Assembly (NCBI GenBank): GCA_021613535.1
Contig: CP075493.1
Coordinates: 11,966,001 to 12,030,000, forward strand
DNA length: 64,000 nt
Origin: Adineta vaga
Lineage: Eukaryota; Animalia; Rotifera
Reading direction: 5' to 3'
Below the pieces are notes generated by a model, which did not search any database, was not told the DNA's origin, and saw only the letters and a program-made list of their open reading frames with translations. The translations under genes and the position numbers were made by a program. Of the stretch, positions 13,182-26,070 are shown piece after piece. Within the stretch, counting starts at the first letter, position 1, and each line of letters opens with the position of its first letter.

Positions 13182-13805
13182 ATGGCCAATAAAATTAAAG
13201 TTTGGGTGAAAATCAATGATAATGAACCGGAAAAAGTCGAAATTCAATCTGATTCTGATATTGATGATTTAAAAAATGAAATATTTATTGACAATAAAGA
13301 AGAAAAACGAAAGTATTATGGTATATTTAATAATGAAAGGTTATTATCATCTTCACATGTACCAAATGACAGCACTGGTGAACGACCAATTCTATTCGTT
13401 CGAATTGATGAAACTCATAACGAAATCAATACTACTTTTGATCTTGACACTACTCCAACAATTACTATTAATTTAAATGACGATAAAAACAACGAATTAT
13501 CAACTACTTTTTTGACAACTAATACTCCCACTATTAATACAAGTATTCACCCTCATCCACCACATTTAGTACGAACAATGCATTACGAGAATGGAGATAA
13601 ATATGTTGGTGAAATTAATATGAAAGAAGAACCCCATGGTAAAGGAACGATGAGTTGGAAAAATGGCCGACGTTATGAAGGACAGTTTATTAATGGAAAG
13701 AAAGATGGAGAAGGTATTGAATATGGAGCAAATGGTGCAGTTAATTTTAGTGGTATATGGAAAGATGATGTCTACGTCTCTTTGAACGATAATTCTGATC
13801 CATAA
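13182..13805 (+). CDS. N-terminal ubiquitin-like (Crinkler-header-like) domain plus C-terminal MORN repeats; intronless
   Basis: MANKIKVWVKINDNEPEKVEIQSDSDIDDLKNEIF; MORN repeats YENGDKYVGE...HGKGTMSWKNGRRYEGQFINGKKDGEG; Thr-rich linker with an internal duplication. Confidence 0.75.
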   Translation: MANKIKVWVKINDNEPEKVEIQSDSDIDDLKNEIFIDNKEEKRKYYGIFNNERLLSSSHVPNDSTGERPILFVRIDETHNEINTTFDLDTTPTITINLNDDKNNELSTTFLTTNTPTINTSIHPHPPHLVRTMHYENGDKYVGEINMKEEPHGKGTMSWKNGRRYEGQFINGKKDGEGIEYGANGAVNFSGIWKDDVYVSLNDNSDP

Positions 13806-14123
13806 TCATTCTTGTAAATGAAACATGAACTTTGTAACCGATTTTTTTCCCTAAAGAATACATTTTGGAATTTTCACTTATTACAGATGAAAGATTGAAT
13901 AAAAGCTAGGTTACATATCTTCAATACAAACATTTGTATAGTTACAAAAACTGTGCGTCAAAGTACTATTGAGTTTCTTTGTATACGAAATAATTATATC
14001 CATTAATATGCATACAAATATTAGTTGTGAATATAGATTACTCATATATAAAATGTTGTGCATATGTGCATACACTGATACTTTATCCTTTCGTATTGTT
14101 TGAAAACAACTTGATTCATTCTT

Positions 14124-15152
14124 ATGCCATCATTTGGTGTTTCTGCTTCAACATCTAATTTTAGTGTTGATGGAGAATTATATATTTTTCATTCATCAAT
14201 TCAAATGTTCGAATCAATTAGTGATAAACTTGTTCTTATTGCTTATTCCGTTGCGTTTCTCATTAGTTTCATTCAAACTTTCTGGAAAAATAAACACATT
14301 GATCATCTTTTGACTAATATGATGGAAGCTTATTCGGATGGAAAATTTGTATCAAATCAAATTCGTTATCATGAACAAATAATTACCTGTTATCGATATG
14401 ATCAACGCTATTCATACATACCTAATCCAAAACGAGTCGTATTACTGATAGCTGTTACGCATATTCAAGTTATTCTGATTATTATGATAAGAACATTATT
14501 TGTTCGACAAAATGAACTTATTAATGATTGTTCTTCATTTCGTGAACCATATCAAATACTTCAGTGTGATGATAGAAGAGATCCATGTAGATTTAATGAG
14601 ACAGAAACTATTCCGAAGTGTACTTATTTCTATTTTGAAATAAGTCATATTATCACAATGGTCACATCGATTATTACTTGGCATTATGCTCTACGATATT
14701 TTATTGTCAAATTAATTCGAATCGTTCGTTGGCTACTTTTTTGTGATAATGATCGACCACGAAAGATATGCTGGTGTTGTTGTCGAGCAACACCAAGTTG
14801 TTTACGATTTATCATGCGTTTGCAATACATTGTTTTATGGATTTATCTTCTTTCCATAATTTTATCTGGTTTTATATTGAATGTAATGATCTTTCGTTTA
14901 TCAATGGATACATTAGGATCGATTTGGGCGCCAATAATGATAGCAGCAGATCGGATATGTTCATTGACTTTAGCTGTAGCACCGGAATTATTACAAAATT
15001 GGTTAAATGAGACTTATGATGGAAGTGTTTTACAAGTTTTAGAACAACAGAACCTACTCCTCAACAAAGTTGAGTCATTAACTAATTTAATCGATAAGAA
15101 ACAGACAGTATCCAAAAAACAATGTCGCAGTTGCTGCTGTTGTTGTTGTTGA
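14124..15152 (+). CDS. Intronless multi-pass membrane protein of unknown family with poly-Cys C-terminus
   Basis: 342-aa ORF with 4-5 hydrophobic segments, a Cys-containing loop, internal CWCCC and a CRSCCCCCC* end. AATAAA-like signal downstream. Confidence 0.75.
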   Translation: MPSFGVSASTSNFSVDGELYIFHSSIQMFESISDKLVLIAYSVAFLISFIQTFWKNKHIDHLLTNMMEAYSDGKFVSNQIRYHEQIITCYRYDQRYSYIPNPKRVVLLIAVTHIQVILIIMIRTLFVRQNELINDCSSFREPYQILQCDDRRDPCRFNETETIPKCTYFYFEISHIITMVTSIITWHYALRYFIVKLIRIVRWLLFCDNDRPRKICWCCCRATPSCLRFIMRLQYIVLWIYLLSIILSGFILNVMIFRLSMDTLGSIWAPIMIAADRICSLTLAVAPELLQNWLNETYDGSVLQVLEQQNLLLNKVESLTNLIDKKQTVSKKQCRSCCCCCC

Positions 15153-15811
15153 ATGTATATGTCATAAAGAACTACTAACTCCACTCATATTCAACGGTTC
15201 TTTCTGCTTATGTTTTTTAATAATCTATAATAAACTTATTTTTACTCAGAGTGTATATTATATTTCATTGTTAGAAGCTGAAAGTTTCTATTCATGATTA
15301 AATATAAGCTGGCAAAGACGATCATTTCTCAGTATATTCTTTGTGAGATATTTCACTGCTATGACAATAGTTTAAACGTTGATAGAAAATTAGTCTAAAT
15401 AATGGAATATTTACAAAGAGAATACGGACAAATTGCGATATCTCATCTGGATCTGCTGGTAGATTTTCTCAAGTGTCATCATTGTTAATAGTATAGCAAA
15501 CGCTCGAATAATATCAGAAACAATAAAATAAGATATCGTAGATAACTTTGTTTATTCATATGATATGTCACAGACATGAATGCAACTGAAATATATAATC
15601 CTAGTAAATCAACAAAGAATGCCGCTGTTTGTAGACATTTTAAGTACTCTTGGAAACAAATTTCATCCTGTGCGAGTTTATCGTATTTCATATTGACAAA
15701 AACGGACATGGAGATTTCTAAAATATTCTATAGAACGATATAAGAGCAGCTTCCTTTTTTTATCATGACAATTAAAACTTTGTTTCACTGCAATCACACA
15801 TGTAAAATTAA

Positions 15812-18800
15812 TTAGTTTATATTGTTTTCTTTCGTTTCATAAGAATGATACTGTTCAGTTATTATATCTTGATTTTGTCGTTCATTTCGATGTCGTTCAA
15901 CATTAGTTCGAAAAGCTTTTAAACCTATTCGACTTAAATAAAATTCACGTTGACGTTGTAATGTTGTTGTTATTGGATGATAATCTTTTGGACGATCTTT
16001 TTTCACATCAACTTGTGCTTCAGCTTCAATACTTGCTAATGATGTATCCAGTGTACCAAGACAATTCTTCGTTAGACCATCAAGTATATCAACACAATGC
16101 ATACGATCATTTTCACATATTGGCATATTCATTGCAACAAATAATATATGATTCGGTTTAGGAATACGTAATGGTGGTTCAAGACTATCAACAAAATCGG
16201 ATAGTTCATCATAACGTATAAATTGTGAACCTGATGGATCGAAATATTGCCATTTTTCATAGTACATATCATAATCATCATCAGTTAAACCCTAAATAAT
16301 AACAAAATCAAACATGATTCATAGCTCGATATAGATTTACTTGTTGAACATCTTCTTGTGCTTGAGAAAAATTTTCTAATATCACCGCAATATACATATT
16401 AACCTTTAATAGTAAGACTAGAATAGAGAAAATTTCAAAAACAAATGATGTCATACTTACCACAACAAGAGAAGTAATTATAACAAAACTGACAAGAAAT
16501 GCTGTTGCAATCGCCATACTACCACAATCACCATTATGTGAAGGTGAATCTATTGTTGGATCACAATCGGGTGGTTGATCATTTATTAGAGCTTGAAAAA
16601 CACTTGACCAACCAGCCGTTGTGCACATTTGAAAAAGTACAATCATTGAATTAGGAAATGTTTCAAAATTAAATAGATCTGTAATGCCAGCTGATTTTCT
16701 TACATAAGCAAAAAATGACATACCAAATATTGAATAGATAAACATGATAAGAAAAAGAAGAAGACCAATATTAAATAACGCAGGTATGGAGACAGTTAAT
16801 GAGAAAAGTAATGTTCGAATACCTTTGGCTCCTGTAGAAGAAAACTAAAAGATTTACAATTCATATAAAGTTGAAAAAGAACAAACCTTTGACAAGACGT
16901 AATACTCTTCCAACACGTACTACACGAAATACACGTAATAATGTTGGATTAACGAAAAATTGTGCCATAATTTCCTTTAATGTTTGTTCTACAAAATCAG
17001 ATTTCTATTAGATACAAATAATAAAACAACATACCAAGAATAGATGCAGTGACAATAATAAAATCAAATACATTCCATGGAATAGTAAAATATTTAAAAT
17101 TCAATGCAATTAATTTCATTAAACATTCCATAGCAAATCTAATAGATCAAAAACACTTGTTTCGATTGACTATTCTTCGAATCTATAAGATTTTGTTTTA
17201 CTTACGTAGCAACAAAGAAATGATTTATATATTCCAATACACGACTATACCTATGACTTTGATTATAATGTTCAAGACACATACAAAGCATATTGAGAAA
17301 GATACATAACATGATAAATATATCAAATTTTTGACTTGTTGTCACATCGAAAAGAAATCTTGCAACAGCAAACTAGAAAAACATACAGATCGTTCTAAAT
17401 ATGTCTCTATATTTACAAGAACATACTCTTGGTCTTGGTAATGCTTTCGTTGGTTTTTTATTACCTAATTTTTTCATCGCATTATAATACTTCTTCTGAT
17501 CTTCTGTCATAAACAATTCGATTGCACCATTTTGTAACTAAACACATCAATCTCTTCTACCAAATTGTTTTCTCATATCTTCAAAAACTTACCAGTCGCT
17601 TTTGTTGATTAAAATTATCAATTACAACACCGATAAATAAATTCAAAATAAAAAATGATCCAAATATAATAAATAAAACGAAATAGATAAGAATATAAAC
17701 ATTCGTTTCATATTCCGGTTGAATATCTATCTATAAAAACAAGTATAAATAATCCAAAGATGAAAATTTTCTTTACATCTTTGGCATCTGTTGCATCTGC
17801 CATGATTTCAATCCAACCTTTGAATGTTGCCTATTCAAAAACAAAAGCAAAGATATTCTCTCTTGTATTTAATTTTCTAACTTACAACTTGAAATAAAGC
17901 TAGATATCCAATCAGAACATTATCAAAATTAATTCGTGAATTTTCCCATGTGAAATTTTTCGTTAAACAATCCGTTTTATTCGTGACATTTTCAGATATA
18001 TGAACACGAGTATGTGTATTCACATAGACACATTTATAAAATTTTCCAGCTAATAATTGTACACCCATGATTGAAAATATCAACCAAAATACAAGACAAA
18101 CAAGTAGAACATTAAAAATGGCTGGTATGGCACCGATTAATGCATTCACAACAATCTATTTCAAGTAGAAAATGATTAGAAGAAAACAAGAAATGATTCT
18201 TCATACTCGAATTGCTTCAAATCTGGATAATGCTCGTAATGGACGTAGAGCTCGTAATGTTCTCATGGATTTAAATGCTGGAATATCAGCTATATTGAAT
18301 AAATCCAGCATAGTTCCAAGAAGACTAACAATTACAATAAGAAAATCTAATCGATTCCAGCCATTTTTAAAATAATTGCCAATTCCATATGCAAGCCATT
18401 TGATAAGTAATTCAATTGTAAATATAATTGTAAAAATTTTATCAAAAATTAATAAAATTTTCAAAAAGATCGGTTGTTGTCGTGTATGAATATCTTCTAA
18501 AGCCTTTGAAAAACATTTTCGTTTTATCATTCTCTTAGTTTCTTATCAACTTACTAGAGTAAGACTGCTTATCAATATATTAACAAGTATAAACCATTCG
18601 AAATAACGATGTTCAACAAAACGATGAGTAAAATTTCGAAAGTATATCCATTGATTTTGAATTATTTTTGGAATATATTCGACACAACCAGAAAACTGGT
18701 TTGATATAACATTCGGACAACAGTCCGGTGGTAAATCAAGAATTTGATCCGTTGAAGAATTGATATTGTTATCATGTTGTATTTCATTCTCTTCCGATAT

Positions 18801-21800
18801 TACCATTAATTTATTAGTTAAACCTAATAGAGGAAGATGAGTAATCAATTCAATATCATTGTTATGTTTTTCAATTCGAGTCTTTTTCTTTCGATGAAAT
18901 AAACGTAAAATAAGTTCAATTAGAAAATGAATAAATCGTCGAATACGATTAATTGCTTCAGTGATTTTATCATCTTCATTTTCTTTATCATGAAACACAT
19001 CAGAACCAAATGATGTAAGTAAAAGTGCCAAAAATGAATTTAATATCTATGATTATGAATAAGAAATCTTTACATCATTCAGAATTATTTAACTTACCAC
19101 AAGATTTCCAATGACAAAAGTAAAGAGAAAAAACGGTACACATGGCCAGCCAGCACATTCCAGACATACCCACATTGATTCAATCCATTCACCACACAAA
19201 ACACGAAATACAATCCTTTGAAAATATAGATCAAAATTTGCGATCCAGTCAATTTGTCTACATAAACTTACATAAATGCATGAAAAAAATCAAAGAAATT
19301 CCATCGTGGCATATCTTTACCGAATTTATCAGCATACTTTTGACCAAATAACTATAAATCATTACGAATGAATCTTTAAGTATACTATTCTTCCATTTCA
19401 CTTACCTGCATTCCCATAACAGCAAAAATAAATATTATAATAATCAGAACCAATGTCAAATTTCCTAAATCTGCTAATGATTTACCAATAATTGATACAA
19501 GACGATTCAATGTCTTCCAAGATTTCGCTAATTTAAATACGCGTAACTATAAACACAGAATATATATATAACTTTTATGCAAACGATATGAATTATTTAC
19601 CAATCGAAAAGAACGTAAGACACTTAAGCCTTTGACATTCGCAAGACCTAATTCAATAAGACTAACGGTAACAATGATTAAATCAAATACATTCCATGGA
19701 TTTTTCAAAAATTTTCCCGGTGTCAATGCAATAATCTTCAATATCGATTCCGCTGTAAATATACATGTAAAAACATAATTGCCTGTTGTTAAAATTCGTG
19801 TTGTATTTTCACTCTGACCATGATGATCAAGTGCCATGAATATTGTATTTAATATAATACATATCGTTATAAATAAATCAACAAATGCATCCAATACAAA
19901 GTAAGCAATAACTGCCTAGAAATAGATAGATGTAAGTTTGTCGAAACAATGATAGAACTTACTTGAATTTGATGAAAGATCGTCGATTTACAATTCCACT
20001 TGCAACAATACATTTCTAGAAATGATAATAATGACTGATAATACACTTTCGTTGTTTTTACATCTGAAAATGAGATTTTAATATAGTTGTTGATATTCAT
20101 TGTATTTTGAGAAGAGATCAAATAACTGACTTTTTGATGAAGTATCTATTCTATCCAGTTCTTGAACGGGTAATACATTCGTCAGTAAAGCACAATTGAT
20201 ATCAGATTCAACTTGATCAAACGTATTTCGTTCTGATGAATACGAAACATTGCTGATTCGTTGACTTTTTCTCTCTTCATTCTGTACATCAAAATTTGAT
20301 CTATCAATTGAACATGTTGATGGTACTAATTCAAATTCATTTTTCTAAAAATTTTGATCTTATTTAAAACGAATGAAAAACTTTCGATTAACTATTTTAC
20401 TTTTCGTTCACATTGAATAGAAGTATTCGAATGTGAATTGTCATGCGCTTGATTTTCTTCATTCTTTCTCGCAAGTTTATGTCGCTCACATTCTTCATTT
20501 TCAGCTGCAGCTTTATTTTGTTGTTCCAGATACGATCGAGCAACAATAGCTAAGATTAAATTCACCAAATAAAACGAACCAAAAAATATAACTGCAACAA
20601 AATAGAAGAAATGATAACGACCAGCTGCTGATAAGACCTATCGATTCCAATATAGTTAAAAGAAAAGAATTTTTCTAGTACAAATTTCGTTTACTAATTG
20701 ATAAAGATTTTCCCAATAATCTTGTGTCATTAATCGAAAACATCCGAGCATTGCCCAACCATAATTATCAAAGCTAAATCAATACAAATTTATATGAACA
20801 AAAACAAAGAAGTCAAATCTATACCTTGTATAACCATAATCAGGACTAAAACGAACAAACAACAAAAACTTGTTAAATGAATGATGAAGCAAAAACAAAA
20901 CATACTTTTCACCTCGATCTTTTAAACAAATATAACCTCGAGGACATTTTGTACTGCCACTCGCATTACCACAAAGAACAAAGATATCATCTTTTTGATA
21001 CCAATAACCTAAACAAAAAGATCATTGTCAAGAAAACATGAAGTTCTCAACATACTTTGATTATTCATTTGATTTAGATAAGATGAATATGACATTTGAA
21101 TATTGGAAAAATTGGAAGTATTTAAAAACGATTCATAGGTCGGTACACATTTCTGTCGAAGAGCGCCCATATAAAGTTGCAATCCAATCTATTCAAAAAA
21201 AAGATCTATTCACTAAATATGTCTTTTTTTACAATGTCAAACCAAAGCAAATATTGAGAGAACAAAACTTGATAAAACAACAACATCTCGTAGAGAAATA
21301 AAAGATTGTACTAATGCATTGACAATTGTTTTTAAACCTATAGAAAAAGAACGAATGAATGAATGAATGAATAATTAATAAACAGAAAATGTTTTACCTG
21401 GTACAACTGCAACGGTTTTTAATGCTCTTAATACACGAAATGTTCGTAAGACTGCAATATTTCCCAAATTGACAAAAAATCCGACATACCTAAAATTAAT
21501 CACATTCAAAGCGAAACTTCTCTCTCTCCCTTTACACATACGCAAGTAAAATAACAATAAAATCTAACCAATTCCATGGATCACGTAAAAATGTATATTT
21601 TCCCAGAATAAATCCTCGTGCAAGACATTTAATTAATGCTTCCGTTGTATAAATTATCGTAAAAACATATCTATTTATTTACTCCATAACAGATCATTAT
21701 GAACTGAAATTTGACTTACTCAACTGCATCTGGTGCATCTTTCAATGTCATAAATGCACAATTTGTTAGAATCGTCAATATAACTAATGTACTAAAAAGT

Positions 21801-22186
21801 GAATGTGTTAATATACGTATCGCTGCACGTCGAAGACAATTGAATGGAGAGAGAAGAAACAAAGCTGATGTTGAACTAAATCGAAAGATTGTTCTATTTG
21901 AATTAATAACTACAAATACCTAGGATTTTCAAAAGTAACATAAATCTTTTCCAAATATTTTACATACATATTCTGTACGATAGAAATCATCTATTTCTTC
22001 AATTGGTCTTCCAATAAGTTTGGTTGGAAATTTATTTTGTAAGACTTCAGGTAATTTTTCTCCCACAGCCAATTCTTTATTTGGTATTTGTTTTTCATTA
22101 ATGGAGTTTTTTTCTTGTTGAGAATGTTCAATATGTTGAAGTGATTCGTGTGTAAATTCACGAAACACAATCGAGTTGTAATCCAT
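15812..22186 (-). CDS. Voltage-gated sodium channel alpha subunit, Nav1 type (DEKA filter), >25 exons
   Basis: Four S4 segments ([11 protein letters not shown]; LRSFRL; [15 protein letters not shown]; [14 protein letters not shown]). P-loops [34 protein letters not shown] linker [19 protein letters not shown]-terminal [12 protein letters not shown]-hand-like region. Confidence 0.97.
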
Positions 22187-22897
22187 TCTATTTTGTTAAA
22201 GAATAAGACATAAGCGAGTCTATTCTCTGTTCTTTATGTCTCGATGCGACTAAACGTTAGACGTAGAGAGAGAGAGAGATGAAGAATATATACAAAAGAT
22301 ATATATATATTGATAACATCATAATAAGTTATAAAAACAATATCAATGTAAGTAAGCAGAAAAGGTCGAAAATTCTTTTGACTATTTCCAATCAAATAGT
22401 CTCTAACGATGATATATACAATGAATTTGTTTCAAATGTATTGATAATAGTCTTCTTGTTCTCTAGAATAATTTGTTATATGATGAATTTACATGTTGTA
22501 CTCTATTAGTTTTTTTTATATCCACCAGACACTCTCTATGAGTAGAGAAAAAAAAGGATGAAGACCATCTAGTTTATATCCATTTGTTTTCGAAGATAGA
22601 TATCGAGAGAAAAAAAGAAGAAATCCAATTATCCTTCAATATAGGAAAAAAATATTCTGTATTTCTCTCCTTTTGTAGATGATTATCGAATTGATTACTC
22701 AATCAAGTGGCAATTCCATTAACAAGAAAGAACAGAAATCTAATTATCCTTAATATATGGTAAAAAAATATTATTCATGTGTCTTCAAAAATTGATGTTT
22801 CAAATAAATGAATGTAAAATATGTGCATTCATGTAGTCAATTTTCACAAGTCTAGAAGTGACAAAAATTTTTTTGTTGGTGTAAAAACTGATTAGAA

Positions 22898-24070
22898 TTA
22901 GTCTTTACAACGACAAACAATATGTCCTGTATCACAACAAGCTCGTACACCAAATCCTTCTGTTCCGTATCGTGTAGTTTTGCTTATAATGCTTGATCGA
23001 TGGCATCATACACGGATTGTGACACTATAATTGGAGTTGATTCGGTTAGATCATGACAAAGATCAAAGATAAGTGATAGTTTATGATTGATAACTGAGTC
23101 TTCCTTACTATAACCACGTGTACCATCAATTGCAGAATAAGTTGTATAGTAAGCTTTATATTGATTATAACGTACTGCTGAAAGTATACCAAATTCATCT
23201 GGATGAAATAGAACTTCATGACCTTGATTGGAACTATCGAAGAGTACAGAACTTAAATCAATGTTATCAAAACTACGATTGTATGGTAAAGAAAAACCAG
23301 CTAGATGAGCAAGGGTTGACATCATATCTAAGTTTGATTCAATGGCTATAGATGTAGTTCCTGATTTGACCATATCTGGTCAATGTGCACTGAAGGGAAC
23401 ACGATGTCCTGTTTCCCAAGTTATAAACTTTGCTATACCTCCCCCATCACCTCCAGAAGGTAATGCTTGTCAAACACCACCAAAAAGTTCTTAATTTCCT
23501 GCTAAATCACACTTGAATCGTTGTGCATAATCATGTGATACATGGATATGTGTAAGGATATAAATAGAGAAAGAATGGTTTCTTTGCTTCGATGCTAGTA
23601 TGAATAAATCTTCGATCATTATCCATATAAGATTAATAAGTAGTTCAATGATATGTTTATTACAATCATCAACAAGAAATCGAGATGTGATAAAATACCT
23701 TCCGTAACTTTTCTTATATCATCAGGATGTTCATATTTTTTTTTCGAAACGACGTGGTGAATGATTAGTTTCGGATTATATGTACATCGCGTATGATAAC
23801 CAAACACTTTTTAAAAGTAGTCATCCAATTAAGAGAGTGGCTTGACTAACATTACAAACTATGATAATCTGGTAGACGAATACTGATAGAAGCTAAATAT
23901 TCAAGGAATGGCGTATCAAGTTTATTAGGCCAATTCACACACAAATCATCCCCATTCCATATCATCTGCCTTTATCAATACAATATTGGGCCAAGAGTTG
24001 TTTAAACGTTCGAACAAAGGAACAATATGAGAAGCGAAGCATACTAATATTTTGCCGAATACGGGTAGCC
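22898..24070 (-). pseudogene. ARSG: Arylsulfatase G-like pseudogene with stops, frameshifts and large internal deletions
   Basis: Fragments in order: WPNIVLIKADDMEWG/DLCVNW..DTPFLEYLAS; PFFLYLYLTHIHV; AKFITWETGHRVPFSAH*PDMV...FDNIDLSSVLF..GHEVLFHPD; RACCDTGHIVCRCKD*. The catalytic CxPSR segment is missing. Confidence 0.8.
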
Positions 24071-24350
24071 ATAATCGTGATGTAAAGCGTAGATATGGTA
24101 AAATAATAACGATAGTTTAGTTAATGAATGTTATGTAAGATTCTCTTTTTCTTCTTTTACTCTCATATCATTATCGATGTCGATATAAATAAATTAGGAA
24201 TAATAATTTAAAGATAACCGAGCAAACAAAATGACATGTTTCTTCTTTCTTACTCTGATGTATGATTGTTGTAAGAATCCGTGTAAGAATAGAGATGTAC
24301 TTTGATATCGCACAATGGTTGACCATAGATCATTATTAAACCAAATTTAG

Positions 24351-24938
24351 TCAAATTTCATAGTAACTCGTTCGAGAATTGTCTTGTTTGAACAGTATCG
24401 ATCGACAAAAAATTTTGAATATGATCAAATGGTGAATGTCTATTCTTATATTCATACTGAAGTTTTTGTGTACGCACGGAAGAAAAGTTAAATTTCTGAA
24501 TCCGTCACACTCTGAAAACCAATCAGCAAAAGTAACAAATAAACGGTGGATACAAGACATGCGTTCGACAATCGCAAGCAAATGAGTAATTGACTTGGTA
24601 ATTATATTCAAACCTATATAGTTCATATGGAACACCATTTCTTCAAACTGTGCATTTGTGGAAAAGTGTGTGACTGTCAGCGGAATGACTTCTTTCTCAT
24701 AATATTGACTATATTTTCTATGAATGAATAAGTGAAGCTGTTTCAAGTTCATTTGAGTGAATGAAGTCGAAGAAAACAATATTCTTTGACTGGGCCAATA
24801 ACTTTGTTTGAAAATGCATGGTGCTGAGAAAGGAAGACGAACAAGAAAGGAACTGATCGAAGTATTAAATGACGTTTGGGAGAAATCAGATTTCAATGTA
24901 AGTAAGGTAAGTAAGGTGTATATGTTTGAGGTATACAT
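24351..24938 (-). CDS. Uncharacterised 195-aa ORF, possibly a gene fragment
   Basis: Long for this AT content; the LKQLHLFIH segment resembles tails of F-box/LRR proteins; no diagnostic motif. Confidence 0.3.
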   Translation of the reverse strand: MYTSNIYTLLTLLTLKSDFSQTSFNTSISSFLVRLPFSAPCIFKQSYWPSQRILFSSTSFTQMNLKQLHLFIHRKYSQYYEKEVIPLTVTHFSTNAQFEEMVFHMNYIGLNIITKSITHLLAIVERMSCIHRLFVTFADWFSECDGFRNLTFLPCVHKNFSMNIRIDIHHLIIFKIFCRSILFKQDNSRTSYYEI

Positions 24939-25099
24939 ACACTCTCAAGATTCATCCTCTTTCATTTTGTCTGTTATAAAAATAATCAACAAGTATTGTC
25001 AATGGATATAGAGAGTAGCCAGCATAATATTGATTTTAGTAATTTAAAAAAAACAAAATAAATTTAACTAATCGACATTCATCAAATGAACGTAATAGT

Positions 25100-26070
25100 T
25101 TATTCAGGTTTCTTGTCTAATTCTATCTTTTTGACAGAAACAGATGGTTTCTTTCGTCGAAAGATGGCACACATTTTACGTATGATCAATACAGCCCAAT
25201 AAAGATTCAGTAATCTTGTAGTAACAATTAAAATCATTTGTATTATAATTAATATTATACTAGTCATATCACCTACATTAGTAGCCATTTGAATAAATTT
25301 CGGTACTGCTCCAAAGATAAAAATGCATATAATTGTTCCATATATAAGACGACTTAAAATGAATGTAATTGCAAATAATAAAGCCAAAAACTCATGTATT
25401 CTATGGTGATGATGATATATTGCTTTTAGACTAAGTGGAATAGTTGAAAGTTCTTCAAAAAGCATCAGAAACTGGCTCGTATGACCAACACGTGTATATA
25501 CACCTATATTCATAAGTAAATACAATAAATGCAATCATTATATCAATTCTATCCTATTAACCTGAAAGTCCAATAATGAGAACAACAATATGATGAAACA
25601 TTGCCGATGAAGTTCTGACTGATTTAAAATAGAACATTATAAGAAGATCGTGAATAAAATAACCTGCTGAATAACAAATACTATACGCCATAATTTCATC
25701 GTATGTGCCTTCGAAACCTCCGCCTAATATACGATTTACTTGTGTTAAATTTATCGATGAACGTATATAGAAGAAACAAACGGCAAGAACAGATACGGAG
25801 GCGTGAATTGTTGACAAAATATAGCTTTTGATCAATGGTGTTATTGATGATGGAAGGAAAAAGAAAACTAACCAATGAGCAATCAAAGAAACGAAAATTA
25901 ATAATGATATTGGAAAGTCTGACGAAGGATTTGTTCCCAGATCTATGCAAACATGAAAAGTAGTTCAAATTAAAGTCTTCGCTAATGAACCAAACATGAT
26001 ATATATATTTATTTTATTCTATCATATTTCAATACTTACATTCAATACGAGTATCGTTGTTAGTTGGCAT
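25100..26070 (-). CDS. TLC (TRAM/LAG1/CLN8)-domain membrane protein, 3 exons
   Basis: Exon 1 MPTNNDTRIE spliced to YLGTNPSSDFP...; motifs LSTIHA, YSAGYFIHDL, MFHH, EELSTIPL, FILSRL, LNLYW. Confidence 0.85.

Noticed and set aside
15812-22186. U12 AT-AC introns known from other Nav genes
   Set aside because: The introns I checked are GT-AG; no ATATCC donor was identified at a junction.
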